Shown piece after piece: positions 37,401 through 47,446 of a stretch of 64,000 nucleotides of DNA (position 1 is the first letter of the stretch; each line of letters opens with the position of its first letter). A program made the position numbers and the translations under genes. Below the pieces are notes generated by a model, which saw only the letters and a list, made by a program, of their open reading frames with translations, was not told the DNA's origin and made no database searches. The stretch is from Vicugna vicugna (lineage: Eukaryota), in assembly GCA_013265495.1 (NCBI GenBank), contig MU058418.1:2751491-2815490 (forward strand), read 5' to 3'.

Positions 37401-40400
37401 TTTAGAATCTGTCTGGAAGCCTCACTCAGCGTGCAAACAGCTCCCTCACTCGCTGGTCCACTTCCAGTAACAGTCATCATTGTAAGGAGCACCTAGGCAT
37501 TGCCAGGTACTGAGCTGCGGATGCTTACCTGAATCTCACTGAACCCTGGTAACAACCCGGCGAAGCGGGTATTATTTTCTACAGTTTACAGATCAGAAAT
37601 TAAGGTTCAAAGAGGATAACAATGTGTTTGCCCAAGATCACATAGCTGAGAAGCCAGTATCAGACCGAGCTGGGATTCAAACTCCTGCCCTTTCCCCTCC
37701 ACTCCCCTGTTCCCCATAACAAAAAGGCCTGATGCCTTCTCGTTTTCATTCTTCCAGCACATTATGCAAATGACTTTCTTAACAATGCACCTTAAAGGCT
37801 TTTCGGCTCATGCATACAAGGCCTGACTAGACTGGTATAATTGCTCAGAAGTAAAATAATTCACCACCATTATTTGTAATGGTTACAAATAATGACTTTT
37901 TTTCCTTCTTTCTTTCCCCTATGCCTTCCTCCCTCCCTCTCGTTCTCCGTCTCTTCACTCTCTTTTGCTTCATTGTACTGGTTAGACTCTCCAGCACAAT
38001 GCTAAGAAGTGGTGTTTCACAGATCTTTACTGTTAGTTGATTGTGGAATATGGATCATGTGTCGGGCAAAGAGTCAAAGTTTCTGCCTAGTAGGCAACAA
38101 TTTTTCATTTTAATGCATTCTATTCTAAGCATAGGTCACTAATATTCTACAGAAAGACTCCTGCAGCAGAGGATTCGAAATGAGCAAGACTAAGAGAGTT
38201 GAGGTTTAATGTAAACGTACTGCAGTAGAATTAGAGGTTAAAAAACAACAAGGACAACAACCCAACTCACAATAGCAAGAAGAAAGCGTGCGATCATGAA
38301 GCTGTAATAATCATATGTGAACGCCGCTGCTACGCCAAACAAAAATATACCGATGCTTGTGGACCACAAGACAAGTCGTCTTCCTGCCCTGAAAAACAAG
38401 AATCACACAGTGGAAGGAGCAAGGCATGGCTGCAACAGTTTAAACACCCACATTAATTCATGAAAGATGAATGTTACCTCTATTTTCAATAGTTTATGTT
38501 TGTTGTCATTCATTCATTTATTTAGAACAAATCATGAGTTAACACATGATTTCTTCAAGAGGCCAGTTTTTTAGCAGGCAGGCCTCTACTGGAGCTGCTA
38601 ATACACACACGACCACTCTGGGTGGTCCCCAGAGGACCTCCTCACTGGATCTGGAGGCAGGGGAGGGAGGACTTGTCCTTTCCCTGCCAGGACCTGCTCT
38701 GTGACTGTTGGACTGTCTTCCCTGTCAGGCTGGCTCTGCCCACCAAGGGTGAGGCAGCTCTTACTAAGCCCCTCTAAAAACAGAAGTCTTGCTACACTCT
38801 GCTCCTAGAAGAAGTTGCCTTATATTTACTTGCCCTATATTTTCATAATTGGGAAGAGCATTTCTTTGTCTAAAAAGCAAACAAATGTAACAATTATATG
38901 CCTGCAGATTTTTAAAAACTGATGTATAATTCACATGCCATAAAATCCAACCTTTTAAAATATGCAATTCAGTGGCTCTTAGTGTATTCACAGAGTTCAC
39001 CATCTAGTTTCAAGACATTGTCATCACTCCAGAAAGAAACTCTGCACCCAGGAGCCATCATTCCTCTCCCTTTGCTCCCTCTAGCCCCTGACAGCCACTA
39101 ATCTACTTTCTGTCTCCATTAGAGTTCCCTATTCTGGACATTCTATACAAACGGAGTCGCACAATATAGGACCTGGCTTATTTTACTAAGCATTACGTTT
39201 TCAAGGCTCATCCATGTTGTAGCATGTATCAGTACTTCATTCCTTTTTAAGACTAAGTAACATTCCATTGCACGGTTATACTAGAATTTGTTTATCTATT
39301 CACTAGTTGATAGACATTTCCACTTTTTTGTCTATTATGAATAATGTTGCCATGAGCATTTGTGAACAAGACTTTGTGTAAACGTATGTTTTCAATTCCC
39401 TTGGATATATACCTAAGAGTGGACTTGCTGGTTCAGATGCTAATTTTATTTATTTTTTGAGGAACTGCCAAACTGCTTTCCAAGGTGGCTGCCCCCGTTT
39501 TACAATCCCACCCATTCCTCCACATCCTTGACAACACTTGTTATTGTCCATCTTCTTGACTATGCATTCCAGTGAGTGTGCAGGGGTATCTCCCTAAGCA
39601 CTGATGTACACTTCCCTAATGATTAATGATGTTGAGCATTTTTATATGTGCTTATTGGCCATTTGTATACATTCTTTGGCAAAATATCTATCCAAATCAT
39701 TTGCCCATTTTCAAACTGGGTTATTTGTCTTCTTATTGTTGAGTTATGAGTTATTTATATAATTTAGATACTAGACTGTCATTACATATATGATTTGCAA
39801 ATATTTTCTCCCTGTGAGATGTCCCTGACAGATCATTTTAAGGCAAAAGAATACAGTTCTGAGATTCCAACCAACAGGCTTGCTCAGTGCAGAAGAGGAT
39901 ATGCAAGCAAACTGGAAACAGTCATCTTCATGGCTTCAACCCTCTCTGCTCCCACATGCACCAGTAGGGATTGTTGGCCCTAAACATGAATGTTCCCCAA
40001 TCTTATTTGAGCCTGAATGCCATTTAAAACTATTTTTCATCCATCCCTGATCAACCCCCTCTACCACCCACAAAGTCTTCACTCTCAGCAGATGAGCAGC
40101 CCTCTCCTGCAGAGAACAGAGACCATCAAAGAGAAAGCCCCACAACTTCCTGCTCCGCCCACCTGCCAGCACCACTTACATCTGCCTTCAGCCTTCTCTT
40201 CTTCCCTCCTCTCCAGGGACACACACTCTTTTCTCTCCAAATACCATTTTGCAAGCTTTGTATTGGATCATGTCTCTTCCCACTTCCTCTGAGGCCTTAT
40301 TCTACCAATTACTTCTTTTCCCTCTATCTTTCCCTCTCCTCTGACTCCTCCTCTTCAGTTCAAGTCTCTTCCAGCCAAAGACAAGAAGGTTCTCTGGACC

Positions 40401-43400
40401 CCTCACTCCTGTAGCCACCTTGCATCTTACATTTCCTCCCCTGACAGACTTACCAGAAGGGAGTATCAACCTCCTCAACTCCTGTTTTCTTCCTCTCCCC
40501 ACCAGCAACCTAACTTCCACACTCCCCAGGGAGACAGTTATGAAGCAGAAGATTCTTAAACATTGAAACATAACTTCAGTCACCAAATTAATCACTAGAC
40601 TTCATTTTTGCTCCAATTTCATTATTCGAATACCACCTCCTGGAGGGGATATGGGTAGTGGGGGGAAGACCTGGGTACTCCACCCTTTGGGCTTCCATAG
40701 TCTTTGCCTCCATTGCTTTCACTTCTGCTATGGCCCTGGACACAGCAAAGTCCTATAATTTTTCTTTGTATGTGTTTGTTGGCCCCATTAGACTGGCACA
40801 CCCTGAGGGCAGGGATTTATGACCTAAGCAGTTGTCTCCAGGTTCCCAGTGCCCAGCACAGGCCTATAAAATTCACAACCGTGGAGACCAAAGAAGTAAG
40901 TTCATCTCTGTGCTTTAGGACAGGTACTCAAAGCATGGCCCATGTCCATACAGAGATGAACTTTGCTTTATTTTAAGAGTTACATATTCATTGTAATGTG
41001 TATTTCTAAAAAAATATGACTGGCATATCACACAATTTCATGGGTATCATTGCTTAGGACCAGGCTATACCTCTTAAAAAACAACTCTATTTAAAGGAAA
41101 AAAAAATCAAATAACATTGAGTGGTCATATGTCCAAGGCACTTTTTCTATATTAATTTTATAATAACCCTCTGAGGAGAGTGCTATTATTATCATTGCCA
41201 GCTTACAAACAAGATTTTGAAACATAGGTTAGGCAATTCACCCAGGGTCCACCGTTCACAAATGGCAGAACACAGGTAGCTTGTCCTCAGAACTCATTCC
41301 CTTGACAGTATGTTATTTTGTGTCCCTAAATAACAGACCAGCAAAGAAGTATGTATTTAGAGAGGAGGTATGAAGATGACTAAAGTTTTTAACTTAATTT
41401 CCTGTCCCCTAAGAAAATCACACAGGGAAATGAACCCTACACTGACGCAGTAATCCTAAAGAGTCCATTTTACCTGTCAGAAAGGTAGCCGAAGATCACT
41501 GCTCCCAGCAGGACTCCAAACATAAATATGGGCTGGATCAGCCTTCCAAACCATTCCCGGTTACACACCAGATCCCACTCAGTCACCACGGTGCTTTGCC
41601 ACTTGCTCTTGTCATAGATGTAGCCATCCAGGCAAGGAAAGCTACTCTTATGGCCATTATAATCATAATTCAAACTCGACTTGTCATCCCTTCGGAACCT
41701 GCGGCAGTTTGTGAGCTCCCAGACCTCACCGTTCTGTAGCTGCACTATGATGTGATCTTCCCGGCCTATGGAAAATCGGCTCCAGATGTCCTCCAGCATC
41801 CAGCCAGAGATATCGTGGAAAAGAACCTGACTCACGTTGCCAGGGGGCCTGCAGGTATGCTGGGGGGACACTGACAAGAACACAGAAGCCAAGTAGTGGA
41901 TACCACAAGAGATGTTCTGGAAGGCACATATGAAATAGAGGAATATCTGGTATCTGCAAAGAGAAAAAAAGGAAGTTATTTCTGGTCTACGGGCTAAAAA
42001 GGGACTTAAGCAAATATGAAAAAAAAATCACGCTGGGAAGGTCTTGAGCATTCTTTCAATTCAAATTTATTTCCCTCTTACAAGGATAAGTTCCTGGGGC
42101 AGGGGGTGGGGGAAGCCCTAGTTCCTTAGGCATCTAGCATTGTAACATATCATTTTCTCCCTTATAACGATTGTTGCCATCAGGTGTCCCCCAAGCTAAG
42201 GTCCCTTAAGAACAACAGACTTAGAGATATAACATATCACTGTGCCCACAGCTGGAGAGAAACACTAACGGAAAAAGAACCATACAGACACAATAGACAG
42301 AAAACCCAGAGAAAAGAAAAAGCAAAGATGATCAGAACTCCCAGGAAATAGACCAATGGCACCTGGGTGACAGGTGGAACAAATTACTTTCAGCCCTAGA
42401 TTTATATCATTCTATATAATGAAGTATAACTGGTGTTATCCCACTGTGGTTAGAGCATGGACTCTAGAGCCAAACTGCCAAGGTTCGACTCTTGTCTCTG
42501 GTTACTTAGCTCCTGGGTCTTTGGGCAAGATCTTGCCCTTTCAGGGCCTCAACTTCCTCATATGAAAAATGGGTTGTTGTGGGATTGTAAAGAGTTAATA
42601 CATGTAAAGCACAATGACACACTGTAGGTGCATGTAAGTGTTAGCTGTTACGGTGTTCAAAAGGTGAAGTCAAAGAAGAAGAGCCTAAAAGGTTCATGTA
42701 CTGGGAAAAAACACACTACCTATATTCACTGGGGAAAAAAAATACTACCTATATCCATAGATGTAAGTCAGTGACAAGGCTCCACAGTCCAACTCCGAAA
42801 TTTTTAACCATCTCTCTCTTTATCCCAAGATAACTCAGAGATCCGGGTTCTTAGATCCCCAACACAGATGCCTGAATCTCAGTTTCCTCAATTCCCTCTG
42901 ACAGGGAGCTTCAGTTATGAAGTTTCTGTAACGTCAATAGAGCTTCAGGATAAGTCTTGGAAAGGTTTTTTAATTCTTCTTAGTGTCCCACTTTCCTTTC
43001 TTAAAGGTGATCAAGATAGTGCTTCCCCATCTTAAAAATGACTAATGAGAAATTAGAGATAATTAGGGTTTTCTGCATAACACTTTCATAGGTTTCCTTG
43101 AGACTAAATAATAATACACTATAACCTCCCTTTCTATTTATTAACAATAGAGAGATCAATTAGAGCAAATACCAGAAAAAATATGGAGTACCGTATTATG
43201 GTCACACTGTTTTCACCTTTTGCTGTAAGCACTGACTGGTTACCCTTTTCCTTCCTATAAGCAGCTTTCACAGTCTACACTTCCCATCTGGATGGGGACT
43301 CAGGTAACAGTAACAGCCATGATTTACTGAGAACTTACTGAATAATAAGACTTTTCCATACATTATTGTGGCTGGCTAAGGACTGTCTCCCAAAATCCAT

Positions 43401-45318
43401 TCTCCCAACATGGTAAGCCACATCTGACCATGTGAGTGAGGACAAAGGGAGCAGCTGACCCAGGTGCAGAGAGGAACCCCCAGGCTGTGGATGATGGAGC
43501 TGCCTCACCCACTTGGGTCCCTGGATGACCGCATGGAACAGAACCTGCCGGGAACAGTTACCAGAGAGGAAAAAATTTCTAGCTGAGGGATCTCTTTGTT
43601 GCAGCAACTTAGCCAAACACCAACTAATGTAAGTACCTTAGTTAATCCCTAAAATACACGGGGAAAGAATGGTATTAATAACTACTACCTCTTAGGATTA
43701 CTGTGAGGATGAAATGAGAGGCTGCATGTGGAGTCCTTATAATAAACATCTGTAGTACTATTATTACCCTCATTTTACAGATAGAGAAGGGAGAAGTAAA
43801 ATGCTCAAGACCATACAGTTAATACTTGATAAGCCAGGGTTGGAACTGTGACATCCATCCCCAGAGCTGATCTTGTAAATCCCATGCTATTCTGCTTCAA
43901 GACCTAGCAAGGACCTGGCTGGGTCCCAGGGTTGTGCTCAGGAGAGCATCACAGTTGAGAGCATGGGCTGTGGGGGCCAATGGACATCCAATTCTGCTCT
44001 GCTACTAACAGATTTGTGATTTCTCCTGCATGAAATGAGAGTGACCCACCAATCTTACGGGGCTGCAGTGAAGATTAAAGAGGGTAGCATGTACAAAGAA
44101 CATGTGACAGAGCCAGGCATAACTCAGCATTCAATAATGCATGTAGCAGGAGGAAGCAGGGGAGAGCTGGGGCTTCCTGCCCCTCTGCCTGCTCAACAGC
44201 TTCCTTTTTGTGGACACTGGGAATCACAGCCAACATTTGTGCAACTTTTACTTTGGAGAACAGCACCACATCATCTCCTCACCACAGGCCTGGGAGGGAG
44301 CTAAGGTATGGATGATTATAATTCTCACTTTGCAGCTAGGAAACTGAGACACAGTACTCCCAGGGTCAACTAGAGGTATGTAACAGACCAGGATTCAGAC
44401 TGAGCTCCAAATCTCTGATCCACATGTTGTATGGCCGCTCACCTCCTCTCATCCCAAAACGTTCTGGGTCAGACAGAGGAGTATTTCTCCATGAGTGAGT
44501 GAATGAGTGAATGAATGAATGAATAAATGAATGAATGAATATATTTTAAATTTTTAAAAGCAATTTGGCAAATGAAAAGTGTGACAACTGCACAAAGGTT
44601 TAAACTTAGATCCCACCTTGCGGGAGCTGTGGGTCCTTGAGCCCATGAGTCTCAGTGTCCCAATCATTAAAATAAGGATTCACCCCCTTTGCAAGATTCC
44701 GAGGGCATCAAATGAAGAACTGTGTAGCTGGCACATATTAGGTTTCTATAAACGGCAACAAAGTCTGACCAACTGTTGTTCCCGGGGCAATTCAATACCT
44801 GCCAGGCACTGAGGGAGACTCTACCCTCTGGGCAATGAAAGAGGAGCCCGTTTGGCGGATTAGAGAAACGAGCCGCCAAGAACAGGCACTCCTCTACTCG
44901 TGTGACCTGGCCTCTTCAGCCCGGCCACCTCACTCTGGCTGCCGCAGAGGGTGCACCCCACGTTCCACCTGCCAGGGGGGTGCGAGCCCCGCACCCACCA
45001 CTCCCGAAGCTAGCCCCAGCGCCCCCAGTCTCGCTCTGGGGAGGTCCCACCGCCAGAGTTCTAGAGGGCAAGCCCAGCCTGGGGCAGGAGTTTGGATGCA
45101 GGCCTCTCGATTTCTCTGAGAAAGGAGGGTGGGTGGAGATGATTTCCGAACACGAGCGCAGCGCGAGTACCCCGCCGCAACGGAAAGAAACAGACCCCAC
45201 CGGCGCCTCTATCCACGTGATGCCCGCTCCCCTGGCACCGTCCTCCCCCCGCCCCCACCTCCTACCTGCCGAAGTGCCCCACGCGGTCAAAAATCATCTC
45301 CAAGTTGCGGGACCCCAT
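19239..45318 (-). CDS. SLC22A16: Solute carrier family 22 member 16 (CT2/OCT6), complete CDS join(45266..45318,41474..41953,38271..38388,32791..33322,29352..29479,26757..26866,25661..25760,19239..19436), 572 aa
   Basis: Eight GT-AG exons of 53/480/118/532/128/110/100/198 nt splice into one 1719-nt ORF with no internal stop. SLC22/MFS motifs are present: STVVTEWDLVC, GYLSDRAGRR, LPETPFWL, ELYPTIVR, LPETLG. Adjacency to DDO matches known synteny. Confidence 0.97.
21450..22262 (+). mobile_element. L2 fragments
   Basis: tgactcccaaatc...ctccagt, cctcctccaggaaacct and cactcagtaaacctttgccagatgagttgatgaat. Confidence 0.65.
25661..25760 (-). CDS. SLC22A16: SLC22A16 exon 7 (100 nt)
   Basis: gtttccag|G acceptor, CAG|gtactc donor; SLAVGSGSMVGRLGSIMAPFCIYLSSVWIFTPQ. 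Confidence 0.95.
26298..26442 (+). mobile_element. MLT1-type LTR 3' fragment
   Basis: gccaaggagagagg...gaaaccaaacctgcc...ctagcctccacgactgtgagaa. Confidence 0.75.
26757..26866 (-). CDS. SLC22A16: SLC22A16 exon 6 (110 nt)
   Basis: ttttcag|G acceptor, AAG|gtagga donor; DYHVWFVVATMAGKFSIGAAIGLVYLYTAELYPTIV(R). Confidence 0.96.
28724..29059 (+). mobile_element. Vic-1-type tRNA-derived SINE carrying an internal L1 piece
   Basis: A-box (cagctcagtgg), B-box (gggttcaatccc) and AT-rich tail. 15-bp TSD aagattatc(c/a)tgttt at 28709-28723 and 29060-29074. Confidence 0.9.
28832..29018 (+). mobile_element. Internally deleted L1 (ORF2 RT fragment fused to L1 3' terminus and polyA)
   Basis: 28832-28993 is ORF2 (YADD...KLLELIKEFGKVAGYKISIQK). 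28994-29018 tgactatgcttcaattA9 matches the L1 3' end seen in reverse at 57604-57626. Confidence 0.8.
29352..29479 (-). CDS. SLC22A16: SLC22A16 exon 5 (128 nt)
   Basis: catgacag|G acceptor, AAG|gtgagt donor; GLVEIPAYIFVCFGMDRVGRRSILIFSL...IPK. Confidence 0.96.
32492..32724 (+). mobile_element. Head-to-tail dimer of Vic-1-type SINEs
   Basis: Two tRNA-like heads (32492 and 32636), each with A/B boxes. acacactcaa flanks the pair at 32482-32491 and 32725-32734. Confidence 0.88.
32791..33322 (-). CDS. SLC22A16: SLC22A16 exon 4 (532 nt)
   Basis: ttttgcag|G acceptor, TGG|gtaagt donor; AASGYLVVVFVYVTEFVG...LPETPFWLLSEG...YLNLFLM. Confidence 0.97.
33975..34302. mobile_element. Unclassified palindromic / foldback-like insertion
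   Basis: ~29-bp subunits with a TTGGTCC core on the left, inverted on the right. It interrupts otherwise contiguous L1 sequence. Confidence 0.55.
34130..34234 (-). mobile_element. Vic-1-type SINE
   Basis: Reverse tRNA-like head with (TTTA)n tail. 13-bp perfect TSD tcaagtacctttt at 34117-34129 and 34235-34247. Confidence 0.92.
34473..34590 (+). repeat. Purine-rich (GAA/GGA)n low-complexity tract inside L1
   Basis: gaaggaggaggaggaggggaaggggaagaagaagaa..., an almost pure homopurine strand. Confidence 0.9.
35488..37473 (-). pseudogene. Candidate endogenous bornavirus-like nucleoprotein (EBLN) fossil in SLC22A16 intron 3, interrupted by L2
   Basis: Three colinear decayed frames (37063-37473, ~36780-37003, 35488-35929) align by eye with successive parts of Borna disease virus N as recalled. 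See findings. Confidence 0.7.
36050..36664 (+). mobile_element. L2 3' fragment
   Basis: L2 hallmarks: agcagccagaatga, aaactcctt...caaggccctg, cagggccttctcacttgctgctccctc, and terminal aataaatgtgctgagtaaatgaat. Confidence 0.75.
37475..37700 (-). mobile_element. MIR
   Basis: MIR core in reverse (tattattttctacagtttacagatcagaaattaaggttcaaagagg...gcccaagatcacatagct). Confidence 0.75.
38271..38388 (-). CDS. SLC22A16: SLC22A16 exon 3 (118 nt)
   Basis: ttttcag|G acceptor, ATT|gtgagt donor; AGRRLVLWSTSIGIFLFGVAAAFTYDYYSFMIARFLLAI. Confidence 0.95.
38910..39815 (-). mobile_element. L1 (L1MB-like) 3' end
   Basis: ttcacatgccataaaatccaacc...catccatgttgtagcatgtatcagtacttcattcc...gaggaactgccaaact. Confidence 0.88.
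41474..41953 (-). CDS. SLC22A16: SLC22A16 exon 2 (480 nt)
   Basis: tttgcag|A acceptor, CAG|gtaaaa donor; YQIFLYFICAFQNISCGIHYLASVF...EWDLVCNREW...GYLSDR. Confidence 0.97.
42435..42650 (+). mobile_element. MIR
   Basis: gtggttagagcatggactctagagccaaactgcc...ctcaacttcctcatatgaaaaatggg. Confidence 0.8.
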
Positions 45319-45850
45319 GGTGCCGCCGGGCGCTGCGCTCCGAAGCGGGACGCGTCGGGCTAGTCTAGCGCTGGGGGCTGCGGGCACGGCGCCCCGCCCC
45401 GCCTCGCCCTGCCCCGCCCAGCGCGGAGGGCGCCGCGGCAGCCGCGAACCAGCCGGCCACCCCTCGCCTGCTCGCCGCCTTCCCGCCGCCCTCCGGCCCG
45501 CCCTGGCTTCTGTGTCCTCCGCGCGTCAAAGTGCTCGAGTCGCGCGCGGAGCTCGCTTCTGTTCCCCTCTCTTCGCTTCCAGCTAATCGCCGCCGCCGCG
45601 GCCTCTTCCCCGGCGCGCTGGGGTCCCGGAGCCCGCGGTCGTGGAGCCCGCGGTCGCACGGTGCGCCCACCGCCAGCTCCGCCACTTCCCGCGCCCTCCC
45701 CGCCGCCACTTCAGAGCCTTGACACTCACCGCGTCCGTTTTGGTCGCCGCCCTAGAGGGAAGCGCCAGCGCCTGGGAAAGTTTGTCACCCGACAGCCCAA
45801 GGCGGGAAAGCGGAGGCCTGGGTTGCGTCGGAACCGCGCGCCTGACATCC
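45140..45850. promoter_or_regulatory. SLC22A16: CpG island / SLC22A16 promoter
   Basis: Very GC- and CpG-dense block around exon 1. Contains GC boxes (gccccgcccc ~45390, ccccgccc ~45411), E-box CACGTG at 45214-45219 and GGCGGGAAA at 45801-45809. Confidence 0.9.
45266..45318 (-). CDS. SLC22A16: SLC22A16 exon 1 coding part
   Basis: Kozak gcggcaccATGG; encodes MGSRNLEMIFDRVGHFG(R); donor CAG|gtagga. Confidence 0.93.
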
Positions 45851-46529
45851 ATGGCTCTCAAACTTTCGTGCATCTATCCCAGCACTTGTCTGAGCTCCAC
45901 TCTAAGGCACAAATATCGCTTTTTCAGAGAAGCCCAACGGTTTGAGGGCCAGGACAGGGATCTACTAGAGCAGAGCAGAAGGAATGGGTTCTGATGACTG
46001 AGAAGTGGCAGAATCTTGCAGGGCTGTGTGAAAGATTTTATGTTAACCAAAGGGCAAACGGTACGTCCTGGGTAGACTGAAACAGAATAATGAAAACAAC
46101 AAACTTGTACTTGAAGAGGATTCAAAAAAGAGAGGAAAGCCCATCTTCCAAAGTACTTCCCTCACCTACTTATCACAGAGCCTGAAATAACATCATTTAG
46201 AATTCACTTATTTTTGCTATGCATAATCCTCTCTAGGTATTTTCTTTTGAAATGCAAATACTCCTGGAATGATAAATCCATTAAGTAATAAACAATATGG
46301 AGTGGATTTTCTAAATAGGTAGATTCCTGCTAACTTAGACTTAAGGTGGGAAATGCTGGGGAGGTACAGCGATGTGGGGAGGAGGGAGAGTGAGGGTAGT
46401 TTTGCCAAGAGCTGACCCTAGGAGGAAAGATGGGAGCCACAGAGGCCGGTCAAGACCCTATATTGCTTCAAAGCACCAAAGGGAGAGTTACCTGGAAAAG
46501 ATTTGGAGAAATTTGAACTTACATTTACT

Positions 46530-47125
46530 ATTCTAATTACACCAAATAGAAATGGCATAAAATAGATAGAATGGACCAGTTCCCTGAAAGACTAAAACTA
46601 CCAACATCCACTCAAAAAAAAAAAGATAACCAGGAATAGCCCTATCTCTGTTAAAGAAATTGAATGTGTAGTTAAAAATTTTCCCACAAAGAAAATCCAA
46701 AGCCCAAACATTTAAGGAAGAAATAAAACTGATACACATACACTTCAAGGAAACGGAAGACTAGGGAATACCTCCCAACTCATTCTGAGAACCAGAATTA
46801 CCCTGATACCAGAACCAGTCAAACAGTTAAGAAAACTACAGACCAATATATCTCATGAATATAGACATAAAAATTTCTTGACAAAATTTTAGCAAATTGA
46901 ATACATCTTCATACAAGAAGGACAATACATCATGACTAAGTAAGGTTTATCCTAAGAAAGCAAGAGTAGTTTAACATCTGAAAATCAATCAGTATAATTC
47001 ACCATATTAATAAATTAAAAATGAAAAACCATATAATCATCTCAACAGATGCAAAAAAGCATTTGACAGAAACCTAACATCCTTTCATAATAAAAAACAC
47101 TCAACAAGCTAGGAATAGAAGATAT
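46530..47125 (+). mobile_element. L1 ORF2 fragment
   Basis: ctcccaactcattc...ccctgataccagaacca...aactacagaccaatat...atcatctcaacagatgcaaaaaagcatttgac. Confidence 0.88.
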
Positions 47126-47128
47126 TAT

Positions 47129-47446
47129 AATCTGTTTCTACCCATAGAACATTCTGACACAAAGTGTATGGGGTTTTCCCTTTACCAACAACCATTTCTC
47201 CAACTCTCCAAATATCAACTGGGTGGCCTAAATTTAATTTAATTCTGACACTAACTACCTGGATTTAGCATCAGATCCCACAAGTTAAAGACTTAATCTC
47301 ACAATACTGTCCCCTACTTCAGGTACCAATCACAAGTCCCATGCTTCCCATACTTCCGATCAGCTGGCTATAAATCAGGGTTCACCTACCCCCTCCTCAG
47401 TTTAAGTAATTTGCTAGAACAGCTCATAGAACTCAGGAAAACACTT
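47129..47446 (-). mobile_element. MER21-like LTR 3' part
   Basis: Reverse complement is similar to 54095-54340 (aattctgacactaactacctggatttagcatcagatcccacaagttaaag). Confidence 0.75.

Noticed and set aside
44835..45994. Cluster of overlapping 60-150 aa ORFs
   Set aside because: Expected from stop-codon scarcity in a CpG island. Only exon 1 and the candidate upstream exon have splice support.
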